Positions 38,522 through 49,331 of a DNA stretch of 64,000 bases are shown piece after piece. The stretch is from positions 63,242,001 through 63,306,000 of the forward strand of contig CM052816.1 of the NCBI GenBank assembly GCA_028534125.1, given 5' to 3'. Made by a program: the position numbers and the translations under genes. This DNA comes from Lama glama (taxonomy: Eukaryota). The stretch's first letter is position 1. Every line of letters starts with the position of its first letter. A model generated the notes under the pieces. That model had not been told where the DNA came from and did no database searches. It saw nothing but the letters and a program-made list of their open reading frames with translations.

Positions 38522-38759
38522 CAACCCACATGACAAGTTAGGCTAAAATTAAGGCAGTCCAAACCTATTCATCCTCACGTGAAATTAAGAGAAATGGAGT
38601 AGAGGTAGGGCCTGACTAAGTACCACTAGAAACAGAATCACTCACTCTTTTTGTTGCAGACACTCCCTGGCTCCCAACACAACTCTGATTCTCTGGATTT
38701 CAGTTCCATGCATCTCACTTCTCTCAGAATAACCAACGAACTGGGCAATCCTCTCACGC

Positions 38760-39310
38760 CTAGTGATGACTAATGTGCCCGGACTCTTCCAGGTGACGGT
38801 ACACAACAGTGAACAGAGACACACTCTGCTTTTATGGGACTTACCATGTAGTGGGGTCCTCACTGGACAGCTAATTATGAAGTTAATTATTTGATCACAA
38901 GCGTGGTAAGTGCTGAAAAGAAAAGAGCAGAGGGCTATACATGTACCTAATGGGAGGCTGACCAGACCTGGGAAATCATGGAAGGTTGATCTGGGCAACT
39001 GATTTTCAAGGTAAGACCTGAGGCATAACCAAGCGTTATGTAGAAAAAAAAGGAGGGGAAATTATGCACAAGGCCCTGAAACAGGAAAGAGGGGAGACCC
39101 ATCAAAGAACAGAAAGCCAATGTGGCAGGATCACAGAGAGCTAGGGAGATATGGATGAGACATCGTTGAACTTTACATTAAACACAAGCATTTCTCCTTT
39201 GAAACAGTGTAACTCTGGCTTAAGGCACATCTGAGGACAGCCAGGGTGTGACCTGAGACAGGAGGCCACTACCAGGGATGATGGAAGCTTAGACTACGCT
39301 ATTGTAGAAA
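38760..39310 (-). mobile_element. L2 fragment
   Basis: acagtgaacagagac; gtggtaagtgctgaaaagaaa; agacctgag; tgcacaaggccctga. Confidence 0.7.
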
Positions 39311-39374
39311 AGCAACAGGTGAAACTTCTGACTGACTTCAATCACCCCCCACATCAAATAATTCTAACTTGCCA

Positions 39375-39735
39375 ATCATAGAAGTACAGAAAGTTATAAG
39401 TCAGAGAGAACTTCAAAATCTTTGGGTCCAAGCCCCTCTCTTTATAAATCGGGAAACCGAGGGCCCAGGAGCAAGGTGCTTGTCCACAGTGAGGGAGTCT
39501 TGGGCAGAGGCAACGCTCAATCCCGTGTCTCCTTTCTAACTGCTTTTTCGCGGCTTCAGCACCCACAAAATCCTTCTCACAAATCACATCGGTTTACCCT
39601 CTTAGCCACTGAAAGAAGAGGGTGGGGCAGATATTATGATTCTAATTTTATCCAAGAAGAAAGTGAGGCCAAGATGAAATGAAGTTCCAATTGCTAAGAA
39701 TGCGCAGTTCACACTGGAACTCAGCATTCTGGCCC
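39375..39735 (-). mobile_element. MIR3 followed by a MIR fragment
   Basis: aatcatagaa...gtccaagcccctc...gggaaaccgagggcccag; attttatccaagaagaaagtgaggc. Confidence 0.65.
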
Positions 39736-40015
39736 TTAATCAGCTCAATTAATTCAGTTAACATTTGCCAAGCCCCTGATCTGTGTGACCTGCTATGCAG
39801 CTGGGGAGAGTCAAGTGAATAATTACCGGTGTCTATAACTCAGCAAGAGAGATTAGCCTCTATTAAGAGATGAGAAACTTCTTTACCCTTCTCACTTCTG
39901 GGGCACAGGGTCTCTGACAAAGTCCAGACTAAGACAGCAGACTGGAGGGTGCAGCCTGGGTAACAGGCCTGTAGCTACTGGCAGGTTTTTATAAGAGCTA
40001 GACTTCTTTGATCAC

Positions 40016-40056
40016 AGGCAACAGAAACAATAGGCAACAGAAACAATAGGCAACAG
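40016..40056. repeat. Perfect 16-bp tandem repeat, 2.5 copies (aggcaacagaaacaat)
   Basis: Direct reading. Confidence 0.95.
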
Positions 40057-41586
40057 GTTGCCCAGCATTAACAAAAGTTCATGGGAACCAATGCGGAGAC
40101 TGGAGAACAGGATTTGACCACAGACAGAATCCAATTGCTGCAGAGGCTGAGAAAAAGGAATTGTCTTTAAACAAGATCTTTCTGCCAGTGGGACATGTGG
40201 ATTCCAACCATATTCAACCTCTTTGTCCCTCTGTGTAAGATTCATATTCCAGGGAAGGAATAGTCAACTAGTCTAACTTGGGTCAATTCCCACCGCTTGG
40301 CTAGTGGAAGATGGTGCTCCCAACTGGAGTCCCACCAAGCTACCTCCAGCAGCAACAAGGTAAAGAGCCCCATATGATGCTGTAAGGAAGGAGGAAAAGA
40401 TTGTAGGCTGCAAAAGAGAAGGGGAAAAAAATCACAAGACTCAGTGCATGCCACAGGTCTTCGAATAACAGAATACCAACTTCATCCTCTAGGAAATAAA
40501 ATTAGGCATGGATGCCCAGCACTCAGTCCATGATGGCTCCATGGGAACCATCCTAGCCATCATGAATTTTCTAAGTGGTAGCCACCTGCGTACCATCTAC
40601 CACAGTTGCAACGTGAGTGTAAAAAACACACACTCAACCATGCCGAGCTGGAGACAGCCTTCTGCAGGAACAGAAACAGTAATTGTCACGTGCCTCTGTC
40701 ACTTGTGGTTTATTATTGCTACTGACTGGGATGGGGGCAAACAAAATAATAATAATGAAAGTAACTGTATGTAGAGGCACCAGACTAGGCATTTTATATA
40801 CATTAGCTTTTCTTCTGCTCACACTGTCTTAGGGGCATGCAAAATACATAGGTAGCAACTTCATTCTGTCTTCTGGTTGTCCTTGGCCAGTGTTTTCTCC
40901 TTTTTATATCTAGAAGTCTCTAGTGATTGTTTCCATCACCAGCAGTGGACACTACAGCTCTAGTTGAAAACAACGATGTTCTGCAGAAAGGGCTTCCAGA
41001 GAAAAGAAGTTGCAGAGAATGAAAGCTGCAGAAAACACTGCCTTGAGCTTTCTCAGGGGCCACTTGTGCCAGCCTGCACACTTTCCTCTGGTTTCCAGGT
41101 TGAAATATTTTGCTTTCTGATTGGCTTTGTAGGTGTAACATAAAAGAGAGAAATCAAACTGGCTTGCAGAAATAGATCATAGGCAGGCCTGAGGCCCTGG
41201 TCTTGGTAGGGAACAGGTAACCTAGAGAATTTACCTTTGCTGTGAATACTGAGGGAGAGTCTGTGGTTGCTTTGAACTGGGTACTGCACCTGGTTAGCAG
41301 GCCAGGCACATAAGCCTGAGTCCCCAGAACAGTGCAGAGAATCCTCCCTCTGTGCAGATGGGGTCATTAGCAGGGGGGCAAGTTTGGATGATGAAGCAGC
41401 CCACGTATCCAGCTGGGAACATTCTCTTTTGTCTATTTTTGGAGTCATCATTAAGGATGTGAATTTTTATATACTTCGCAATTAAAGAAGTGGTACGTTG
41501 ATAAACAGTATCTGTTGGCACTTTTCCATCAGTCACAGCACCTTAGTGCATGGACACACACACACGGCTCTTAAGAAGATTCCTGA

Positions 41587-42017
41587 AACACGGATAGACC
41601 CGAATATAGTTATAGTAAGCGAAATGAGCCAGAGAGACAAATACCATGTGATATCACTTATATGTGGAATCTAAAAAAAATGATACAAATGAACTTATTT
41701 ACAAAACAAAAACAGACTCAAGAGACATAGAAAACAAACTTATGGTCACCAGAGGGGACAGGAGGGATGGGGGATAAATGGGAGTTTGGGATTTGCAGAT
41801 ACTATATATAAAATATATAAACAGCAAGGTCCTGCTGTGTAGCACAGGGAACTATATTCAATACCTTGTGACAGCCTATAAAGAAAAAGAATATGAAAAG
41901 GAATACACACATGCATACCTGAATCACTGTGCTGTACACCAGCAACCAACACTACACTGTAAACTGACTACACTTCAATGAAATAAACAAATAAATGAAA
42001 TTTTTTTTAAAAAAAAG
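41587..42017 (+). mobile_element. 5'-truncated L1 3' end with TSD
   Basis: TSD agaa(g/c)attcctga at 41574-86 and 42018-30; tt|aaga endonuclease-type site; tgtagcacagggaactatattcaata. Confidence 0.93.
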
Positions 42018-42513
42018 AGAACATTCCTGATTCAAAAAGAAGCAGACTGGGGAAGGAGAAGAGCTGTTAAGTCGAGGAGTGTGGATAAATGGAGGAGAGG
42101 GATTTTATCTGAAGCAAGTAAAGGTGGTAGTTCAAAAAATTAATCTCATTGAGAGTAAAGTCAAGGACCTGCTGAAGAGGAAACAGAGCCAAGCAAAGAA
42201 TAAACATTTGTCAAAGGATTTAACAAACAGAAAACAGAGGGAGAAGGCTAATCCTATACCATGTTTAAAAATAAATAAATGGAAGTTTGGAGTAATTTCA
42301 GGCAATGAATACATTGTTGAGCACTGAGGGCAGACCCCTAGAGATGGAGGTACGAGGCACCAAGGTGTTAGTACCATTGAAGGCATCAGACTAGGTAAAA
42401 ATGGGCATCATGTAAATGAAAAGAAAACAAGCACAGGTAAGTGTATTGAGTGAGACTCGTTTGGAACAGGAAAAACAAATACGCCAGTCCTACCCTATTT
42501 TGGAAGTACAGTA

Positions 42514-42726
42514 CAGCTGACCCTTGAAAAAACATGGGTTTGATGTGCAAGGGCCCATTTATATACAGATTTTTTTCAATAGTAAACACGACAGCGCCAC
42601 ATGATCTACAGTTGACTGAGCCCACAGATGTGGCATTGGCAGACGGCCAACTATAAATCACACTTGGATTTCCAACTGCACAGGGGGTCAGAGCCCCTAA
42701 CCTCTGTGTTGCTCAAGGGTCAACTG
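42514..42726 (+). mobile_element. Non-autonomous Tigger2-type (TcMar) element
   Basis: TIRs cagctgacccttga / tcaagggtcaactg; TA on the left flank. Confidence 0.88.
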
Positions 42727-43074
42727 TGTGAGGGGAGGTGAAGCGTGAGCAGGCATGACAGCATCTCAGCCACCACAGAGCTCCTCTGAGGCCAAGTGTC
42801 CAACATGAAGAGAAAGAAGCCTCGCCAAGCACTGGAAGCAAAGTTTGCTACTATTCAGGTCTAGTAGCAGCTTCAGGAACCCAGGACATCTTGTCCCACC
42901 AGGAACAACACTCCAGAGCTTCCCACTGCTTCATCTATTGCATCTCAGATTTATATTTTTTAAGAAAACATATTAAATCAGGTCAGACACAGAACTCTCA
43001 TGTACATTCCAAATCAGTAAATGAGCCTTAACTTTGTGAGTTCAGCTTAAGTAAGGTGGCCTTTTAATCAACAA

Positions 43075-43341
43075 TAAGAATTAACTGAATGCCTACTATG
43101 TGCTGGTCATTGGCCCAGACAATGAAGATACAACCAGAATATGGAACAGGAAAAACAAGACCTCTGTCCTCACAGAGCTTACGGAGGAGAGGGGAGGGGC
43201 AGAAACATGAAAATTTTAAGACAATAAATAACAGCAGTCTGAGAAGGACATGATGTTCTTAAGCATGTTAGAAGGGTGCCTAACCCAGACCTGGGAATCA
43301 AGAAATAGTTTGCAAAGGAAGTGACATCTACAATGGCCAAA

Positions 43342-43376
<35 letters not shown>

Positions 43377-44130
43377 CGGGGGAGTGGGGAGATGACCCTA
43401 ATGCAGGAAGAACAAAATATACTAAGGCCCAGACACAGTCAAGTTTCTGGCCTGGATGACAAAAAAGTACAGGAGTAAGTCTGGTGGGACTGGAGCATGA
43501 AGTGTGGTGGAGAAGTGAGGAGAGCTAAGACTGCAACCAAAAGCAGGAATCGGTAAACACAAACGGAAGCCATTCAAAGGTTCTGGGCACAAGAGTGACA
43601 TGATCACACTCACACTTAAGGAAGATCGCTCCAGCTGGATGCTGTGAGGAACATGAGAGAAGAGTCAGAGTGGAAGCAGGAATGTCACTTTGGAAATTCA
43701 GAAGGTGGTGGGCTTGGGTTGGGGTGGAGCTGCTCAGAAGGAGGAAGTAGATAATTGTGCACGATCCTTAGCAGGTGGTATCAGGGACTCTTGGCCATTG
43801 ACTGTCAGGGCGGAGCAGAGAAAGAAATCAAACCTGACACTAGGACATCTGGCTACAGGCTACTGAGTGAACAGCTATGTCATTTATAAAGATCAGAAAT
43901 TAAGAAGAGCAGGTTTGCAGAGGAAGATGATGCACTCAGGTTTGAACATGATAAACTTAAGATGCTCCCAGGACACCTACACAAAAATGTCCATTAGGCG
44001 GCTGATAGGCAGATAGAGAGATAGAGTTGGAGCTCATCAGGAGTACCTTCCAACCCAGAGGTACAATTCTGACAGTCATCAATGTCTAGATAATAATAGA
44101 TGCCAGAGGCTTGAATGAGTTCTCCCAGCA
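43075..44130 (-). mobile_element. L2 (~1 kb)
   Basis: actgaatgcctactatgtgc; ctgtcctcacagagcttac; gagtgacatgatca; ggtttgaacatgataaacttaagatgc. Confidence 0.8.
43344..43375. repeat. (TG)16 microsatellite
   Basis: Direct reading. Confidence 0.96.
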
Positions 44131-44314
44131 CGACTCACTGGGACCAAATGGCAAGACCACTCAGTGCAAAACAAAGCCCAGAAAGTTCTATCTGCAGAAA
44201 TTCTGGTTCTACTTTGAAAGAACCACCTAAGGTCATTTTTTAAGAACTAACATAACACAGTGGGAGAAGGAGGTGACTCCCCTTTTCCACTGAGAAAAAT
44301 GTGCTTCAAATCTT

Positions 44315-44657
44315 TGTCTTAGTCTGTTTGTGCGGCTGTAACAAAATATCACAGACTAGGTAGCTTATAAACAACAGAAACTGATTGTTTACAGTTACAG
44401 AAGTCTGAGATCAGGGTGCCAGCATGGTCAGGAGAGGGCTCTCTTCCTGGTCACAGACTTCTTGTATCCTCATTTGGTGGAAGGGGCTAGTGATCTGGTT
44501 GGAGTCTCTTTCATTACAGCACTAATCTCATTCATGACAGTTCCACTGCCATGACTTAAGCACCTCCCCAAAGCTCCACCTCCTAATACCATCACCTTTG
44601 GGGATCAGAATTTCAGCACATGAATTTGGGAAGGACACAAAACATCAGACCACTGCA
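44315..44657 (-). mobile_element. MaLR solo LTR, MLT1A0-like
   Basis: tgtcttagtctgtttg...gatcagggtgccagcatggtc...ccacctcctaataccatcacc...catcagaccactgca. Confidence 0.92.
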
Positions 44658-45600
44658 CTTTCTGACACAGAAGACTCACTTGTTGATGTGACTGTCTGGA
44701 GCAGACTGACGTGCATGATAAGATAGATGACAAGAAGCTACTGGATCGCTCTTCTTAGAGCCTAGACCATGAAGCCCAGCCAAATGATGAAGGGGAAGGG
44801 AGCTTCAGAGCTCCCAGAATGCCGGTACCCCATCTCCATGGCCACTGTGCACATGTGCAAGAGAAGAAGTATCAGAATGGGAGAAACATGCGAACGAATG
44901 AAGCACCCTGAGAGGAAAGTGCCTCCCAAGTCCCCAGGAATGTTCCCTCACAATGGCAGCTCCAGCACCACCTGCCAGGTACCCAGACATCCCGGGCTGC
45001 AAACTCACACCGGCACACACCCACGGCATGCTGCCCGGGTTGCATCTGACCAAGAGGAAGTCAAAAATATGTTCCTGGCCTATCTTCCTTCCATTTGCAA
45101 AGCTGAAATTTCCAGATGCTAGGCTAGGATTCCCATGGGTCACCGTTGACACGTCACACTGGCACTGCTGTTTTGTACTGCTGAAAAGTGTCTACCAAAA
45201 GTGAGAAGAGGGTTCCAGCCCTGAGAAGGCCTGGCGTTTCCCATCATCTACGTCAGTTACTTCACGCCACATTTCACGTCTTTCCATTGCATTCACTGAT
45301 CCTACCTGACTGGCCCCTCCTTGATTAGCAAGTCTGTGGCCTAAGGATACTTCCAACTTAAGAATCTTGATATTACAGACCAAACTTCCAGTAGGACAAA
45401 GTGTTGTGAGTTTAGACAGTTCATTCAAAATGGTACAAATCACAAGCTTGTGATCACTATTTCTAACAACGGTGAACCAAGTGGCTGCCAAGACCACTGG
45501 TACAGAGTTATAATCACTCTGAGAATTACATATAAAGTTCCAGATCACATTTGGAAGTCAACTCACAGGATTTCAGTAAGATAACTGGTAAAATGCTCTA

Positions 45601-45622
45601 CACACACACACACACACACACA
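45601..45622. repeat. (CA)11 microsatellite
   Basis: Direct reading. Confidence 0.95.
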
Positions 45623-46879
45623 AAGTTCCTTGCCGGCCTGTGTGCACTGTGTCTTCTTGCTGTTTGCTATCTGCCTCCCTGACATGTGCTGAAACCCCGC
45701 AAGTGGCTGACTCCAGAAATACTGCTTTGTGATTATTTTGCTGGGGACAGGGAACTATAAATGAAACAACTGGAAACTCTCAAGGACACTTGCTTCATGT
45801 TTCTAGCACTGTGACTATAAAATGAATAATTGTAAAATAGAAAGAAAAAAAATCAGGTTACCTGCTAAAAGTTAACAATTATAAATAATCAAAAATCCTC
45901 CCACAAGATCCAAATCACAAAGTAAGAAATTTCTATCATAAATATTGACAGTTTCCACTGTCTGGTTGGCCTCACTGAGAAAAATAACAGGTACTTGAAT
46001 TAGGGAAAAAAAAAACCACACTTGCCTCAAATCCTTTGTCTCTTGAATATCATTTTGCACTTAACAGCAGCTTTCTTCTGAAAATTTCAAAACACTGCAA
46101 ACAATGATGAGCTCCCCATTACAGGGCTGTCCGGGGAAAGGGGCCTTGAGAAACTGCAGCCTGTGCAAGGTGACCCAGCAAGACACTGGTGGAGAGAGAG
46201 AGTGAAACCCTCAACTCTGAGTGTCTGTCCTTCTGTTTCAACTTCCCCACTTTGGGAAAACATGCCTCTGATTTCCGTATGCCTTTCAAATACACACCCC
46301 TAAGAATCTGAAACATGAAATGAAAATCCTCTTGTCTCCAAGTAAAACTCCAAGGACACACAAATGTACCTGAGTAACCTAGGAACCGTGGCCTCATCAC
46401 GGTTGTGCCCACAGCCCCCACCATTATGTCTGGTAGATAATAGGTATTCGGTAAGTACTTTTCAAACTAATTAATCCAGTTAAATATCCACAAAAAAGCT
46501 ATTCCACTCATATTCAAATATATTATCAAACTGACCCAAATCCATAAATCACACACTCGTTTGTTTCAGATGGGAAGCTTTAAGGTTTCCTTCCCCTAAG
46601 AATATTGAAAACTTTTCCCCTCATCTAAAATTAGTATGTCACAACAGAACAGCCTCCTATTTACGTCCATAATTCTCTGTTAACGCTAAAGAATGTGGGT
46701 CCTGGATACGCTAGTATTCCACTCAACACTCTAATAAGTATTGAGATATTATTTCATGTCAATGTCTCTTCAAGTCTCTGAAAAGAAAATGTGATCACTG
46801 AAATTGGTCCAAAAAATTGGTATTTAAAGTATAAATACAGAAGTCAGAGATTTGGTCCTCAGATATGTTTAGATATTAC

Positions 46880-46975
46880 AAATTATTTTAATTTATTGTA
46901 ATTAAATTTATTTATTTTATTAATTTTTAATTTATTAAATGTATTTATTTTAATTTAATTAATTTATTTTAAATA
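46880..46975. repeat. Very AT-rich low-complexity tract
   Basis: About 95 bp almost entirely A/T. Confidence 0.85.
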
Positions 46976-47049
46976 CTTCAAATATCACCACAATGTATTC
47001 AGAAGAAGAGATAAGGCAGAACAAAGGGGAAGTGAAAAAAAACTGATTA

Positions 47050-47490
47050 CATGTTGAATCACTATGTTGTGTACTAGGAAACAGTATCGTAGTTCAATTA
47101 TACATCAAAAAACAGACTTGTAGAAAGAGAGATATTTGTGGTTACCAGAGGAGATAGGCAGAGAGGAAACTGGAGGAAGGCAGTCAAAATGTACAAACTT
47201 TCAGTTGCAAGATACCTAAGTACTGGAGATATGATGTGTAACATGATAAATAATTAACACTGCTGTATGTTATACATGAGAGTTCAGAGAATAAATCCTA
47301 AGAGTTTTCACAAGGAAAAAAATTTTTTTTCTGTTTCTTTAATTTTCTATCTATATGAGATGATGAATGTTCACTAAAATTACTGTGATAATCATTTCAT
47401 GATGTAAGTCAAATCATGATGCTGTACACCTTAAACTTACACAGTGCTGTATGTCAATTACATCTCAATAAAACTGGAAGGGAAAAAAAA
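47050..47490 (+). mobile_element. L1 3' end (artiodactyl L1_Art-like)
   Basis: gtggttaccagagg...gtacaaactttcagtt...gctgtacaccttaaacttac...ctcaataaaactgg; aaaaaaactga on both flanks (probable TSD). Confidence 0.88.
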
Positions 47491-48052
47491 CTGAATCTTT
47501 CATAAGTCAAAAGAACACTTCCATCCCAAGCCAAAAAGACTGGAGGACTGATTTCTGATTAAACTAAATTTTGATCTTTCATTCTCTTTGCAGGATTTTT
47601 TGTTTTGTTGGGGGGCCCTGGTTCTCACCTCTGAGAAGTATGGAGTCAGTAAAAACTTCACCCCTCTCCTCCAGATCAACACACCAGTCACTTCCACCAT
47701 TACCAAGGTGTCAAATACCCTTGGATTTCTGGCACATTCTGTTCATCAAACCAAAAGTCCAGGTTTCCTGAGCAGGGGTCCTGCTCCCTCCACTTTGAAA
47801 ACATCATGCACAGCCTGTTTGGAACCCACAGCACCCTGCTTCCTGTCACTCAACAGCTCTCCCAATTCTCCCCAGGTAGACGTGTGCAAACAAGGGCTAA
47901 GGGCTGCACACACGTACCAGGCCTGCTGAGGACTTCAGACTCCAGCAGTTGGACCCCAGACGTTGAACCGAGGACTGTTGTTGTTGTTAATTAATTTACT
48001 GAGATATACTTGATCTGCAATAAATTTCACACATTTAAAGTGTACGATTGGA

Positions 48053-48467
48053 GAATTGATTGTTTAGGTCTTCTGCGAATTTTTGGATGGGTTTTTTTCA
48101 TTATTAAGTTGTACGAGTTGTTAATATATTCTGGAAATTAAGCCCCTGTCAGTCTCATCTTTTGCAAATATTTTCCCCATTCTGTAGGTTATCTTTTTGT
48201 TTTCATTATAGTTACCAGGGGGGAGGGGGTGGGAAGGGATAAATTGGGAGCTTGAGATTTGTAGATACTAACTACTATACACAAAATGCATAAACAACAA
48301 GTTTATACTGTATAGCACAACTATATTCAATATCTTATAGTAACTTATAACTAAAAAGAATATTAAAACAAATATATGTATGTATATGTAGGATTGAACT
48401 ATTAAGTTGTACACCCGATATTGACACATTGTAAACGACTATACTTCAATAAAAAATAAAATAAAAT
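48053..48467 (+). mobile_element. 5'-inverted (twin-primed) L1 insertion
   Basis: Antisense ORF2 piece 48053-~48210 joined to sense 3'UTR and tail; 16-bp TSD, 13/16 identical (48037-52, 48468-83). Confidence 0.88.
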
Positions 48468-48582
48468 AAAGTGCACAACTGGATAAAACTAACACATGTA
48501 CATATCCATGAAACTATCACCTCACTCAAGATGGTGGACATGTCCATCACCCCTCAAAATGTCTTGTTATCCTTTTTATATA

Positions 48583-48742
48583 ATAAGAATAAAAATACAT
48601 AAAAATAGTTTTACTAAAGTAGTCAGTTTACAGTATTGTGTCAATCTCTGGTGTATAGCACACTACTTTAGTCATATAGGAACATACATATATTCATTTT
48701 CATATTCTTCTTCACCATAAGTTACTATAAGATATTGAATTG
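48583..48742 (-). mobile_element. Short L1 3' end (camelid type)
   Basis: agtcagtttacagtattgtgtcaatctctggtgta...gatattgaat; TSD tatcctttttatata / tatccctttatata. Confidence 0.82.
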
Positions 48743-49331
48743 TATCCCTTTATATAAACCCTCCTTTCTCCCTGGAAACTGCTGTTCTCCTTTCTGTCAC
48801 AAAAGATTAGTTTCCATTTTATAGAGCTTTAGATGAATGGAATCATATGGTATGTACTCACTTTCGTCTGGCTTCTTTCACTCTGTATATTTATTTTGAG
48901 ATCCATCCATATTGTATACATCAACAGTCTATTCCTTTTGGTTGCTGAGTAGTATTCCATTGTACAGATACACTACAATTTGTTTTTCCTTTCACTTGTT
49001 AATGGATATTGAGGTTGTTTCTAGTGTGAGGCTATTACAAACAAAAACGTTATGAACATTTATGAACATTCAAGTTCAAGTCATGTTCAAGAGGCCAGAA
49101 GACTTTCTATTAATAAAAATGAACAGATAGACTATGGAATCTAAAAAATTCATTCAAGAGATTAAAGTGAAATAGCCTCATTAGTTGCTTATGCAGAGGC
49201 TACTGTGAGACAACAAAGTTGATTTCATGAGTTTACCTTAATTTAGTTTTCAATATTAAATTTACATCTAGACTTAGGTTTTTGTACCTCTCAATGCACA
49301 TAAAAAATAGATTTCATTTTCCTCCTAGATA

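Larger units (their letters stand above)
47990..49070 (-). mobile_element. L1MB-like 3' end hosting two younger L1 insertions
   Basis: cacacatttaaagtgtac | catatccatgaaactatcacc | gaatggaatcata...gctgagtagtattccattgt. Confidence 0.85.

Noticed and set aside
40529..40564. 10-bp inverted repeat catgatggct/agccatcatg as a structured RNA
   Set aside because: Single short stem with a 16-nt loop; a few of these are plausible by chance in 64 kb.
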